A DNA stretch of 64,000 nt from Clostridia bacterium (GCA_017430135.1 JAFRNM010000001.1:271242-335241), one strand, 5' to 3'. Positions 19,172 to 30,545 are shown, counted from the first letter of the stretch. The notes: a model not told the origin generated them from the sequence alone. Numbers and translations are program-made.

Positions 19172-20316
19172 ATGAAAAAATTTATAGTTATTTTTATGAT
19201 TTTTACTTTTATACGGTACAAGCGCTTATGCTTCAAATGAAGAAACAATTGAAGAGCAAAAAAATACATTTGAAATTAAACAATTTATAGAAAATGCAGA
19301 CGAATATGTTGATGGCGAATTTTTAAAAGAAAGTGATTTAAATGACTTATTAAATAGTGCCATAAAAGGACAAGTTGATAACAAAAAAGTTTTAAGCAAG
19401 TTTTATGGACTATTTGGAAAAGAATTCAAAAACACACTAGCAACACTTTCAAGCATATTAGTGATAATTGTAATACATAGCATTTTAAAGTCGATAAGTG
19501 AAAGCTTGGAAAATGACAATATATCGAGACTGATTTTTTATGTGCAATATATTTTAATTGTAACAATTGTTATGAGCAATTTTTCACAAATAATAACGAT
19601 GATAAAAACTTCAACCACAAACATGGTTGGTTTTATAAATATTTTAATACCACTTTTGACTACCCTTATGGTCTTTACAGGAAACCTAACTACAACAAGC
19701 ATGTTACAGCCGGTTATAATGTTTAGCGTGAATTTTATTGGAAACATGATACATTCAGTAATTTTGCCAGTGGTTTTAGTTGCATCAAGTCTAAGTATTG
19801 TTTCAAAGATATCAGATAGAGTTCAAATAGACAGGCTATCTAAAATGTTTAAGTCAGGAATTACATGGTTTTTAGGCATTGCTTTAACAATTTTTGTTGC
19901 AGTGGTTTCATTAGAGGGAACACTATCAAGCAGTGTTGATGGAATAACAGCCAAAACGACTAAAGCAGTTGTAAGTTCTGCAATTCCGATTGTAGGGAAA
20001 ATTTTAGGTGATGCGGTTGACTCTGTTTTAGGTTGTGGAATAATTCTAAAAAATGCAGTAGGAATTGTTGGAGTTGTAGTGATTTTAGGGATATGCATTG
20101 GACCTATTTTAAAACTAGTTTTAGCAATGCTTACCTATAAAATATTGGCACGGCGTATGCCAGCCAATTGCAGACGAAAAGATTTTGAAATTATTTGATG
20201 AACTTTCAGATATTTTTAAAATTTTACTGGCAATACTTGCTTCTGTCGCTGTTCTAGTTATAATTGGCGTCACACTTGTTATAAAGATATCAAATAGTGG
20301 CATGATGTACAGGTGA
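19172..20316 (+). pseudogene. spoIIIAE: stage III sporulation protein AE, two frameshifts
   Basis: Signal peptide MKKFIVIFMIFTF is in frame 2 from ATG 19172. The body runs in frame 0 (19203-20198). The conserved C-terminus QPIADEKILKLFDELSDIFKILLAIL...SNSGMMYR is in frame 1 up to TGA 20316. Deleting C 19214 and C 20151 restores a single ORF of about 380 aa. Confidence 0.7.
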
Positions 20317-20483
20317 TATCTTGAATATAATTTGATTAATTTTGGAATGCCGCGCAGCGCTCAAACGGAGCGAAGCGAAGTGCGTTTGAAGAAGCCGACA
20401 TACTAGTAATTTTTAAATATGGAGGCTTCGACAGCAAGGCTGACAAAATTAATGCAAATTATATAAAAAATATATTTGGAAAG

Positions 20484-21119
20484 ATGAATGCGATGATAAA
20501 TGCTTTAACAAGTTGGGCGAAAGCAATTGTAATGGCAATAATTATAGTGTCAATTTTAGAAATGCTTTTGCCAAATAATAAAACAAAAAAATATATAAAA
20601 ATGGTAATGGGATTATTTATTTTATATAACATAATTTCGCCATTTATAAAGGATAAGAATGCCTTGAAATTTGAAGAAGCCGACCTTCAAACATTTACAT
20701 CTTCAGAAATAAAAAGTATAGAGGTAAACCAAGAATCAATGGATAGAAGGCTGGAAGAATTGTATATTCAGCAAATTGAAAAAGACATTACAAAAAAACT
20801 TGAGAAAAAAGGATATAAAGTTAAATCTTGCAAAGTTCAAGCAAAGATCTCAAATGATGAAGATACAACGGGAATTACTAAAATTAAACTGAAAATTGAA
20901 AAAGGAGAAAAGCAGGAGAGTGAAGACGAAAAGCAAGATGAGGAAATTGAGAACAAACTAATTACAACAATTCAAAGTATAAAAAAGGTCGATACAAGAA
21001 TTTCGAAGGCTGAAAACATGGTGGGTGACGCTCTATTGGAAAAGGTTGATATTCAAAATATTAAACAATTTTTGATAAAGGAATATGAGGTGAATGAAAA
21101 ATGTTTAGAGATAAATTGA
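20484..21119 (+). CDS. spoIIIAF: stage III sporulation protein AF
   Basis: Two N-terminal TM helices followed by a charged domain. Operon position. 211 aa. Confidence 0.75.
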   Translation: MNAMINALTSWAKAIVMAIIIVSILEMLLPNNKTKKYIKMVMGLFILYNIISPFIKDKNALKFEEADLQTFTSSEIKSIEVNQESMDRRLEELYIQQIEKDITKKLEKKGYKVKSCKVQAKISNDEDTTGITKIKLKIEKGEKQESEDEKQDEEIENKLITTIQSIKKVDTRISKAENMVGDALLEKVDIQNIKQFLIKEYEVNEKCLEIN

Positions 21120-21706
21120 AATTTTTAAAGCCCCAGGAAGATGGCAATGACAAAAAGAAAATCGAGAATTTAGTTTTTTTCGTAATTATTTTGATTATTA
21201 CAATAATTGCTATAAATATAGTTTGGAGTGACAACGACAGCAAAAAGAAATCAAAAGATAACATAAATGATACTACCAAACAACTGGCTTCAACTACAAT
21301 GGAAACAAGTAGTGATATTGGACTAGAACAAAAGCTTAAAAATATTTTAGAAACTATTCAAGGAGTTGGAAAAGTAAATGTTTTTATAAACTATTCTGAA
21401 AGTAGTGAAACTGTTGCAATGTTTAATGAAAATTCAAAAACAAGTACAACAGAAGAAACAGATACTTCAGGTGGCAAGCGTATTATAGAACAAAAAGATA
21501 CTCAAAAAGATGTGGTTTATCAGGATAGTAATGGTGATAAAATTCCTATTACACAAAAAACTATTCAACCTAAAATTGAAGGGGCAATTATTACTGCGGA
21601 AGGTGCAGGAAATGCATCAGTTAAGGCTTGCATTATTCAGGCAGTGGAGGCGGCTACGGGGTTGGCTACTCATAAAATTCAGGTTTTTAAATTCTCACAG
21701 AATTGA
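21101..21706 (+). CDS. spoIIIAG: stage III sporulation protein AG
   Basis: N-terminal TM helix. C-terminus IEGAIITAEGAGNASVKACIIQAVEAATGLATHKIQVF matches the SpoIIIAG ring-forming domain. Confidence 0.8.
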   Translation: MFRDKLKFLKPQEDGNDKKKIENLVFFVIILIITIIAINIVWSDNDSKKKSKDNINDTTKQLASTTMETSSDIGLEQKLKNILETIQGVGKVNVFINYSESSETVAMFNENSKTSTTEETDTSGGKRIIEQKDTQKDVVYQDSNGDKIPITQKTIQPKIEGAIITAEGAGNASVKACIIQAVEAATGLATHKIQVFKFSQN

Positions 21707-21754
21707 GTTCTATCAGCGTTAAATTGCGTATTTTATGAAAGGAGTTTGTAGTAT

Positions 21755-22483
21755 ATGAATTTTAAGAATATTTTTAGGAAAAATCAAATGATGATTTATG
21801 CAATGGCGTTTATGCTAGTGGTTGCAGGATATTTTAATTATACAGCGAATATTAAGGAAACTGAAACTGAAGTTGAAACTTCAGTTCAAGAGGTTTCAAA
21901 TGGCGATATTGGAGATGCTGTGACTGAGGAAAATTCAGTTTCGTCTGATGAAAAAAATGAGAAGTCAGCTAATGAAAGCGAAAATAAAACGGCTCTTGTT
22001 CCAAATGAAGAAAGTGTAAAAACAAATTCAGAAAATAGTAAAAATGAGACAAAGAGCTCCGAGTCTGAAATATCAAATAAAGATAAAGTTGCAGCAATAG
22101 GAGATGCTACGCTTGTGAATAGTAATGATGTAGTAGAAGATGACTATTTTGCAAAATCCAAAATAGAAAGAGATGCGATGTATTCACAAATGCAGGAAAC
22201 ATATCAAACTATACTAAATAGCTCAAATTCTTTGGATGCCCAAAAAGAAATGGCAAGTGTAGAAATGGCAAAAATAAATGAAACCAAAAATTGTATAATG
22301 ATTTGCGAAAATTTGCTAGAAACAAAAGGTTTCAAAAACTGCGTTATATTTGTTAATGAAGGAAGTGTAAGCGTAATAGTGGGTAGTAAAGAATTAAAAC
22401 CAGAACAAACAGCACAAATACAAAACATAATATCAAGAGAACTTGGCGCAATAATCGAAAATATTCATATTTCAGTGAAATAG
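21755..22483 (+). CDS. spoIIIAH: stage III sporulation protein AH
   Basis: N-terminal TM helix, acidic linker, C-terminal YscJ/FliF-like domain. Last gene of the operon. 242 aa. Confidence 0.8.
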   Translation: MNFKNIFRKNQMMIYAMAFMLVVAGYFNYTANIKETETEVETSVQEVSNGDIGDAVTEENSVSSDEKNEKSANESENKTALVPNEESVKTNSENSKNETKSSESEISNKDKVAAIGDATLVNSNDVVEDDYFAKSKIERDAMYSQMQETYQTILNSSNSLDAQKEMASVEMAKINETKNCIMICENLLETKGFKNCVIFVNEGSVSVIVGSKELKPEQTAQIQNIISRELGAIIENIHISVK

Positions 22484-22503
22484 AACATTCCGACCTTATG
22501 GGA

Positions 22504-22560
22504 CGACTTTTTGGGACACTCTTAAAAAGTCAAACTTTTTAAGAGTGTCCCAAAAAGTCG
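22504..22560. repeat. palindromic intergenic element, GGGACACTCTTAAAAA family, copy 3 (57-bp perfect palindrome)
   Basis: cgactttttgggacactcttaaaaagt caaa ctttttaagagtgtcccaaaaagtcg. Confidence 0.8.
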
Positions 22561-22636
22561 GAAAAAATTTTATTTTTGTGTTGTAAATTTTTTTATTATT
22601 GGTATAATAAAGAAAAAAACTTAGGAGGAAGATGAA

Positions 22637-23773
22637 ATGATTAAAAAAGTAGCAATTATTACAAATGGAGGAGATGCACCTGGTTTAAATGCTGTAATTA
22701 GAGCAATTGTTAAAACAGCAGAAACTAATGGGATTGAATGTTATGGATATATAGAAGGATATAGAGGGCTTTTAGATAATAACTATGTTAAATTAGATTC
22801 AAACACAAACGCATCAGGTTTATTACATAAAGGAGGAACTATTATTGGTACATCAAATAGTACAAATGTGTTTAATTTAAAATGTGAAGAAAATGGTGAG
22901 ATAGTATATAAAGATATGTCTCAAAAGTGTATAGACAATATAAAAGAGGCAGGATTTGACTGCATATTTACACTTGGAGGAGATGGAACTCAAAAATCAG
23001 GTAGAGATTTTTCAAAAAGAGGTGTAAATGTAATAGGAGTTCCAAAAACAATAGATAATGATGTTGCACATACAGATGTTACATTTGGATATAACACAGC
23101 TGTATCAGTTGCAACAGATGCATTAGATAGACTTCATACAACAGCAGAATCACATCACAGAATTATGGTATTAGAGGTAATGGGAAGATATGCAGGATGG
23201 ATAGCTCTAGAATCTGCAATAGCAGGCGGAGCAGATGTTGCACTTATACCAGAAATTCCTTACGACATAAATAAAGTCGCAGAAAAAATAAATGCAAGAA
23301 AGGCAGCGGGAAAACAATTTAGCATAGTTGTAGTATCAGAAGGCGCTAAACCAAAAGATGGAGATATAGTAATAAAGAAAAAATTAGATGATGGAAAAGG
23401 ATTAGATAATATTAGACTTGGTGGAATAGGAGATCAAGTTGCAGAAGACCTAGAAAAATTAACAGGTTTAGTTTCAAGATGCACAGTTTTAGGATATGTT
23501 CAAAGAGGTGGAACACCAACTGCATTTGATAGAGTTCTTTCAACAAAATATGGTGTTAAAGCAATGGAACTTGCAATGGAAGGAAAGTTCAATGTTTTAG
23601 TAACATATAAAAATGGAAAAATGGATTATGCATCTTTAGAAGATGTAGTAGGTAAAAACAAAGAAATTGGAGCTGCTTCTGGAAATACAGCAAATAGCAA
23701 CATAAGAAAAATTCAAATGGACGACCCATTAATTACTACTGCTAGACATATTGGAATTAATTTAGGGGACTAA
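22637..23773 (+). CDS. 6-phosphofructokinase (PfkA/PFP family)
   Basis: GGDAPGLNAV and TLGGDGTQ motifs. 378 aa. Confidence 0.8.
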   Translation: MIKKVAIITNGGDAPGLNAVIRAIVKTAETNGIECYGYIEGYRGLLDNNYVKLDSNTNASGLLHKGGTIIGTSNSTNVFNLKCEENGEIVYKDMSQKCIDNIKEAGFDCIFTLGGDGTQKSGRDFSKRGVNVIGVPKTIDNDVAHTDVTFGYNTAVSVATDALDRLHTTAESHHRIMVLEVMGRYAGWIALESAIAGGADVALIPEIPYDINKVAEKINARKAAGKQFSIVVVSEGAKPKDGDIVIKKKLDDGKGLDNIRLGGIGDQVAEDLEKLTGLVSRCTVLGYVQRGGTPTAFDRVLSTKYGVKAMELAMEGKFNVLVTYKNGKMDYASLEDVVGKNKEIGAASGNTANSNIRKIQMDDPLITTARHIGINLGD

Positions 23774-23798
23774 AAGGAGAATAAGATTTAATCAACTT

Positions 23799-23873
23799 GG
23801 AATTTTGGGACACTCTTAAAAATCAAGGTTCTGTCTAACAGAACCTTGATTTTTAAGAGTGTCCCAAAATTCC
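23799..23873. repeat. palindromic intergenic element, GGGACACTCTTAAAAA family, copy 4 (75-bp perfect palindrome between convergent genes)
   Basis: ggaattttgggacactcttaaaaatcaaggttctgt ctaa acagaaccttgatttttaagagtgtcccaaaattcc. Confidence 0.8.
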
Positions 23874-23880
23874 AGGTCAA

Positions 23881-26485
23881 TTAAATCCACTCTCCAAATT
23901 TTTTCATATAAATCTTTTTAGCGAATAAAGCTACAAAACAATATAAAATTGGTACAACCAAAATAATTGAAATATATTTAAACTCTAATGGAACAAGTCC
24001 AATTAAATTTCCTAAAAATGTGTAAGGTACTAAAATTCCGATAATACTTAGCATAATTGAAGAAGTATAAACAGCCTTATTAGCATTGCTTTGTACAAAT
24101 GGTATTTTTGCAGTTCTAATAATATGCATACCAATTAAGTTTGAAACTATACTATAACTAAACCAAACTGTTTGGAATGTTGCTGCATCTCTTAAATTAA
24201 ACATGAACCACATTGTAGCAAAAACTATTAAATCAAATAGAGAACTAAGTGGTCCCATAAATAACATGAAGTGTAGCAAACTTTTTACATTAAATTGTTT
24301 TGGTTTATTTAAATATTCTTTATCTACATTATCAAATGGAAGTGTAAGCTGACCAAAGTCGTAAAGTAGACTTTCAACTAAAAGTTGAATAGGAGTTTCG
24401 GGTAAAAATGGTAAAAGCACACTTGCAATTACAATTGAAACAACCTCACCAAAGTTGAAACTTACTGCCATTTTAATATATTTCATTAAATTTCCAAAAG
24501 TTTTTCTTCCGTTCTTTCACTCCATCTAATAATACTTTTAAATCTTTTTCTAGTAATATAATATCTGCAGATTCTTTTGCAATGTCAACAGCTGTATCAA
24601 CTGAAATTCCAACATCAGAATTTGTAAGAGATGGGCTATCATTTATTCCATCACCCATATAGCCAACTACATTTCCTGCTTCTTTTAAAAGTCTAACAAT
24701 TCTAGCTTTTTGAATAGGAGAGAGCTTGGCAAAGATATTAGTTTTTTTCAAAATTCTCATTATAGCAATATCAGGTAATTGTTCAATTTGACTTCCTAAA
24801 ACTATATTTTTAGAATTAATACCAACTTTATCGCATATACATCTTGTTACTTCTGCGTTATCACCAGTTAAAACTATTACACGAACACCAGCTTTATTGA
24901 GTTTTTCAATAGATTCTTTAGCACTTTCTTTTGGTGGATCTAAAAATCCGATAAAGCCCATTAAAACCATATTTTTTTCTGCATTTACATCAAAATTTTC
25001 AATAGAATTTATATCATTTTTTTGGCAAACAGCAACAACTCTTAAACCATTTTTATTTAACTCTTTGCTTATTTTTCTTATATTTTCTTTAATTTCTTTT
25101 GTAATATTTGAAACTTGCCCTTTATAATCTACCATAGAGCAAATGCTTAAAATTTCTTCAACAGCGCCTTTTGTTATAAGTTGTTTCTTGGTACCATCTG
25201 TAACAACAACGGATAAACGTCTTCTAACAAAATCAAAAGGTATTTCATCGATTTTTTTATACCTAGCTTTGTATTCCTCCATATTATTTTGAAGACCTCT
25301 TGCAATTACAGCTTCATCCATATTACTTTTTAATCCTGTTTGGAAGTATGCATTTAAAAAAGCGTGTTTTAAAACTCTTAAATCTTCGTTTCCGTGTATA
25401 TCTAAATATTTTTCTAAAACAATTTTATCTTCTGTCAAGGTACCAGTTTTATCTGTACACAAAATATTCATTCCACCAAGACTTTGTATTGAATCTAGTT
25501 TCTTTACAATAGTTTTCTTTTTACTCATTCTTACTGCACCTTTAGATAAACTAGATGAAAGAATTACAGGGAGAAGAAGTGGAGTTATTCCAATTGCTAT
25601 TGCAACTGCAAAAGTAAATGCTGTTAGGTTATCGTGTTTCCAAGCATTTAGAATAAATACTAGTGGAATTAAGAAAATCATAAACCTTATTAATAATTTA
25701 GAGATTTGCTCAATTCCTTTTTGGAATGAGGTTTTTGGCTTACCTTGAGTAATGTTCTTGGCAATTTTACCAAAGTAAGTAGAATCTGCTGTTTTTATTA
25801 CTACTCCTGTTGCACTACCGCTTATAACATTTGTACCCATAAAGCAAATTGTATCTAAATCTGATATATTATCAATTTCGGAAATGGGAATTTCGGATTC
25901 AGCAAGCTTTTTAACTGCATCAGATTCACCAGTTAAAGAGGATTGACCTACATATAAGTCCTTAGAATTTATAATTCTTAAATCTGCAGGGATCATACTT
26001 CCAGCAGAAAGTTTTACAATATCTCCTAAAACAACTTCTCTAATTGGGATTTCTATTTCTTTATTATCTCTTATTACGGTAGAAGTTGTCGCAACAAGTT
26101 CTTTTAGCTTTTCAGCAGCTTTATTTGAACGAAAAACTTCAAAAAATTCTAAAAAAGTACTGGCCAAAACTAGAACAATAATAGCAATAATATTTGCATA
26201 ACTTGGCTCATCCGGTAATAATACGTCAGTATATAGTAAAATTAGTACAATTCCCATTAAAATACTATTAAAAGGACTAAATAAACTACTAAAGAAATAA
26301 TTATACCATTTCTTAGGCTTTCCTTGTTTAACTTCGTTATAGCCGAATGTACGTAGTAATTCTTCAGCAGTTTGCGAGCTTAAGCCTTCTGCCTTTATTT
26401 TGAATTTCTTAATAAAATCTTCGCATTTTAAAGTACATTCATTTCCATACATTTTTAGCGCTGTATTTTCCTTTGGTTCTTGCAT
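23881..26485 (-). pseudogene. mgtA: magnesium-translocating P-type ATPase MgtA, frameshifted
   Basis: The N-terminal 670-aa ORF carries the P-type motifs (CTDKTGTLT, TGDN, MGDGINDSPSL). The C-terminal 201-aa ORF encodes the last TM helices and begins MKYIKMAVSFNFGEV. The junction GVKE | GRKTFGNLMKYIKM is broken by one extra base at 24511. Confidence 0.7.
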
Positions 26486-26652
26486 TTTATTTCACTTTCC
26501 TTTCTTTAATATAGTATAGCACTTATTAAAAAATAAATTATTACATTTTTGTTACAATATTATTACATTTTGAATACAAATAAAAAACCTTATTGAAATT
26601 AAAAATTTTTTATTTTATAATTAAATTGATGTTTTATCCTGGGAGGAAAATT

Positions 26653-27213
26653 ATGGGGGAGTTACAAACATATTTAATGGATCACAATAAAGATCTATGT
26701 ACTAAAATGGAAATAGTACGTAGACTACAAAAAATCCTTAAAGATAAAAAAGGAGAAAAGATTTTTTTTGATAAATCTGTTGTTTTTAAAACTGAATTAG
26801 CCCGCATGTTTATTGACTACATGCATTTAGATGTTGATAGAGACTTAGTCCTAACAGCTTGTTTATTATGCAATTGTAAAAAGGTTGATAATCCTCAAAA
26901 AAAAGGAAAACTATTCACTTATGCTAAAGAAGGCGCAGATTATTTGTTAAATATTGGCTTTGAACCTAGATTTTGCAAAATATGTGAAGGCGTAAATAGA
27001 TATAGTGGTTTAAAAGATAGAGAACCTGAAAGTGATATACTTGAACTTGTTGATCATTTTGGTGGAATGATGTTAGATAGACCAGAAAGAGCAGGATTTA
27101 ACCCTGAAGAAGCGCTTATTCAAATGGAAAGAGAAAATTTAAAAGGATTAAAAAATAGGTATTTACCTCAATTCCATGATTTTGTATATAAGATGCAGGA
27201 GGTAGAAGTATGA
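26653..27213 (+). CDS. hypothetical protein, 187 aa
   Basis: GGGAGGA RBS before ATG 26653. Coding-like composition. No motif recognised. Confidence 0.5.
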   Translation: MGELQTYLMDHNKDLCTKMEIVRRLQKILKDKKGEKIFFDKSVVFKTELARMFIDYMHLDVDRDLVLTACLLCNCKKVDNPQKKGKLFTYAKEGADYLLNIGFEPRFCKICEGVNRYSGLKDREPESDILELVDHFGGMMLDRPERAGFNPEEALIQMERENLKGLKNRYLPQFHDFVYKMQEVEV

Positions 27214-27509
27214 AAATACAAGGGTTAGTAAAAAATAAAGTATTGCCAAGAACTAAAGCAATTGTAGATGAAAATGATATAGATAAACTTACTATAGGTG
27301 GCGGAATTAGAGAATTAGAAGAATATGTAGACAATCTAATGAGACAAAAAAATAATACTCTGGAAACATTATTTGGCGGTGTAAAAAACCAAACAAACAG
27401 AAATATAGATTCTAATAATAATAGAACACTATTTACAAAAGAAGCTATCCAAGCTGCAAGAATGGCTAGCGGATTCAATCAAAAAAGAGAAGATGAATAT
27501 GATAGATAA
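27210..27509 (+). CDS. hypothetical protein, 99 aa, translationally coupled to the upstream gene (ATGA overlap)
   Basis: 4-nt overlap with the upstream stop. Hairpin terminator follows. Confidence 0.45.
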   Translation: MKIQGLVKNKVLPRTKAIVDENDIDKLTIGGGIRELEEYVDNLMRQKNNTLETLFGGVKNQTNRNIDSNNNRTLFTKEAIQAARMASGFNQKREDEYDR

Positions 27510-27525
27510 TTTTTACAAAAGATAA

Positions 27526-27553
27526 AGCGACTATTTATTAGTCGCTAATTTAT
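27526..27553 (+). terminator. rho-independent terminator (agcgacta ttta ttagtcgct + T-rich)
   Basis: 8-bp stem. Confidence 0.5.
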
Positions 27554-27582
27554 TGATTAAAAAAAAAGAGGAGGAAAAATAA

Positions 27583-28779
27583 ATGTACGAAATTTTTGCA
27601 GATTTACACATACATATTGGGAGAGCAGAAAACGGAAAACCAGTAAAAATTACAGCAGCAAGGTCTTTAAATTTTGCAAACATAGCAAAAGAATGTGCTG
27701 AGAGAAAGGGGATTAATGTTTGCGGAATAATAGATTGTGCTTCACCTTATGTAATAGAAGATATAGAAAACTTCCTAAAAACAGGAGATGCATATGAATT
27801 AGAAGATGGAGGAATTATATACAAAGATAAAGTTTGCATAATATTGGGAAGTGAAGTAGAAACTTCAGAGGTAAGCCGTGATGGCAAAAAAGGTGCAGCT
27901 CATAATCTTTGCTATTTCCCACATTTAAAAGATATAAAAGCATTTTCAAATGAATTAAGCCATCATTTAAAAAATATCACACTAAGCACACAAAGAACAG
28001 ATTTATCTGGATATGACCTAATCGATATGGTAGAAAGATATAATGGGATTTTAGTTCCAGCACATGCGTTTACGCCATTTAAAAGCTATTATGGAAATTG
28101 CGTAGATAGAATGAAAGATATTTTTAAAGAAAAATTTGATAAAATATTTGCAGTTGAGTTAGGATTAAGTTCTGATACATTTTTAGCAGACACAATTTCA
28201 GAACTAGAAGATAAAACATTTTTAACAAATTCAGATGCACACTCTCTTCCAAAAATTGCAAGAGAATACAATAAAATGCAAGTTGAAGACATATCATTTA
28301 AAGAAATAGTAAAAGCTATGAAAGGCGAAGAAGGAAGAAAAATCCTTGCAAACTATGGTTTAGACCCTAAACTTGGAAAATACCACAGAACATTTTGTGA
28401 TAATTGCAATAAAGCAATAGAAACTAAAGAACCTGTAAGTGAATGTCCATATTGCGGAAGCAAAAAAGTTACCTTTGGAGTTTTTGATAGAATTGAACTA
28501 ATAAAAGATAAAAAAGAAACAAAAAGCCCTGCAAATAGGCCTCCATACATATATCAAGTACCACTACAATTCATACCAGGTGTTGGAGGAAAGACAATAG
28601 AAAATTTACTAAAAACATTTGAAACAGAAATGAATATTTTGCACAAATTATCTTATGATGACATAGAAGCAGTTGTAGGAACAAAGGCAGCATTAAATAT
28701 TGAAAATGCCAGAACTGGAAACATGAAAGTACATTCTGGCGGTGGCGGAAACTATGGGAAAGTAGAGGCTAAAAAATAA
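27583..28779 (+). CDS. PHP-domain / endonuclease Q (TIGR00375) family protein
   Basis: N-terminal PHP metal-binding motif ADLHIHIG. C-terminal Zn finger CDNC...CPYCGSKK. 398 aa. Confidence 0.55.
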   Translation: MYEIFADLHIHIGRAENGKPVKITAARSLNFANIAKECAERKGINVCGIIDCASPYVIEDIENFLKTGDAYELEDGGIIYKDKVCIILGSEVETSEVSRDGKKGAAHNLCYFPHLKDIKAFSNELSHHLKNITLSTQRTDLSGYDLIDMVERYNGILVPAHAFTPFKSYYGNCVDRMKDIFKEKFDKIFAVELGLSSDTFLADTISELEDKTFLTNSDAHSLPKIAREYNKMQVEDISFKEIVKAMKGEEGRKILANYGLDPKLGKYHRTFCDNCNKAIETKEPVSECPYCGSKKVTFGVFDRIELIKDKKETKSPANRPPYIYQVPLQFIPGVGGKTIENLLKTFETEMNILHKLSYDDIEAVVGTKAALNIENARTGNMKVHSGGGGNYGKVEAKK

Positions 28780-28876
28780 AACAAAAATGATTATATAAAT
28801 TTATAGAAATGAAAGTTCTAAATCTCCTTATTTTGAATACACATTATGTATAAAAGAATTAAGGAGAAAATTGAAC

Positions 28877-29518
28877 ATGAAAAACTCAAGAAAAACCCAT
28901 AAAATTAAAGAAATGGTACTAAACCATTTAATCACAAACAAAAGAGAATATTTAATAATTTTAATATTATTTATAATAGGAATTTTTTCTGGAGTCTTAT
29001 TTATAAATAATGTAAAAGAAGAACAATTTACCAATATAAGCAATTACATAAATAAATTTATAGAGAAAATAAAAAGCATTGAAGATATCAACAACATGCA
29101 ACTTTTAAAAGCTAGTTTGTGGCAAAATATTGGAGTGGCATTGTTAATATGCTTCTTTGGGACAACTGTGATTGGAATTCCCGTGGTGTTTGGTTTGATT
29201 ATTTATAGAGGATTTTGCTTGGGGTATACAATTTCCAGTTGTATAGCTGTTTTAGGAACATCAAAAGGACTAGCGTTTTTGCTAAGTAATTTGCTATTGC
29301 AAAATATAATTTTTGTGCCTACTATAATTGCAATTGCCGTGAGTGGTTTTAAACTTTATAAATCAATAATAAAAGATAAGCGAAAAGAAAACATAAAACT
29401 GGAGATAATAAGGCATATAGTATTTTGCGGAATTATGGCAATATTGCTAGTTATAGCATCTTTAGTAGAAGTATTTATTTCAAATAATATGCTAAAAATG
29501 GTCGTTAATTATTTTTAA
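28877..29518 (+). CDS. spoIIM: stage II sporulation protein M
   Basis: AAGGAG RBS. About 213-aa polytopic membrane protein with the SpoIIM/DUF95 topology. Lies upstream of xerD. Confidence 0.65.
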   Translation: MKNSRKTHKIKEMVLNHLITNKREYLIILILFIIGIFSGVLFINNVKEEQFTNISNYINKFIEKIKSIEDINNMQLLKASLWQNIGVALLICFFGTTVIGIPVVFGLIIYRGFCLGYTISSCIAVLGTSKGLAFLLSNLLLQNIIFVPTIIAIAVSGFKLYKSIIKDKRKENIKLEIIRHIVFCGIMAILLVIASLVEVFISNNMLKMVVNYF

Positions 29519-29612
29519 GTTTTTTTATAAAAACTATTTACAAAATAGTAAATGTTTGATATAACTATAATAGTTTATGTAAATACAAAATAAAATGAAT
29601 AGGGGTATAGTG

Positions 29613-30494
29613 ATGGAAAAACAATTGAAACTTTATTATGAATTTTTAGAAAACGAAAAAAAATTATCAGATAATACATTACAATCATATAAAAGAGATT
29701 TAAAACAATTTAAAAATTATTTAGATGAAAATGGAAAAAATTATAATAAAATAGAAGAAAAAGAAATAAAAGATTATATAGAATATTTACAAAGTGTTGG
29801 AAAAAAACCATCAACAATATCTAGATGTATTGCATCTATTAGGTCTTTTTATCAATATGAATTAAAAAACAAGAAAGTTAAACAAGACCCAACAGATAGA
29901 ATACAATCTCCAAAAATAGAAAAAAGAATTCCAAGTGTTTTAACATCAAACGAAGTTGCTCTACTTCTTGAACAACCAAGTAATGTTGATTTAAAAGGAA
30001 TTAGAGATAAAGCAATGTTAGAATTTGCTTATGCAACAGGAATGAGAGTTACAGAAATAATTTCTTTAAATATAGAAGATGTAAATCTTGAAGAAGGTTT
30101 TGTTGTTTGTGCAAATGGCAATAAAAAAAGAAACATACCATTAGGAACAATGTCTTTAAAAGCTTTAAAAGAATACATAAAAAATGCAAGAGATATAATT
30201 ATTAAAAATGAAAATGAAACAGCTTTATTTGTAAACATAAATGGAAAAAGATTAACAAGACAAGGATTTTGGAAGATAATAAAATATTATAAAGAACAAG
30301 CTCATATTACAAAAGATATTACACCACATGTTTTAAGACATTCATTTGCAACACATCTTTTACAAAATGGAGCAGACCTAAAAGCAATACAAACAATGCT
30401 AGGACATTCAGACATATCATCAACACAAGTATATATGCAATTCCAAGATGAAAGTCTAAGAAAAGTTTATAAAAATGCTCATCCAAGAGCATAG
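29613..30494 (+). CDS. xerD: site-specific tyrosine recombinase XerD
   Basis: Catalytic motifs ...ATGMRVTEI... and HVLRHSFATHLLQNGADLKAIQTMLGHSDISSTQVY. AGGGG RBS before ATG 29613. Confidence 0.8.
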   Translation: MEKQLKLYYEFLENEKKLSDNTLQSYKRDLKQFKNYLDENGKNYNKIEEKEIKDYIEYLQSVGKKPSTISRCIASIRSFYQYELKNKKVKQDPTDRIQSPKIEKRIPSVLTSNEVALLLEQPSNVDLKGIRDKAMLEFAYATGMRVTEIISLNIEDVNLEEGFVVCANGNKKRNIPLGTMSLKALKEYIKNARDIIIKNENETALFVNINGKRLTRQGFWKIIKYYKEQAHITKDITPHVLRHSFATHLLQNGADLKAIQTMLGHSDISSTQVYMQFQDESLRKVYKNAHPRA

Positions 30495-30502
30495 AAAATA
30501 TT

Positions 30503-30530
30503 AAAATTCGGCAGTAGCCGAATTTTTTTG
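30503..30530 (+). terminator. rho-independent terminator after xerD
   Basis: attcggc agta gccgaat followed by T7. Confidence 0.6.
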
Positions 30531-30545
30531 TGTATACTTTCGAAC

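Noticed and set aside
26486-26650. Mg2+ (M-box) riboswitch upstream of mgtA.
   Set aside because: The region is about 85% AT. It lacks the conserved M-box helices and sequence blocks.
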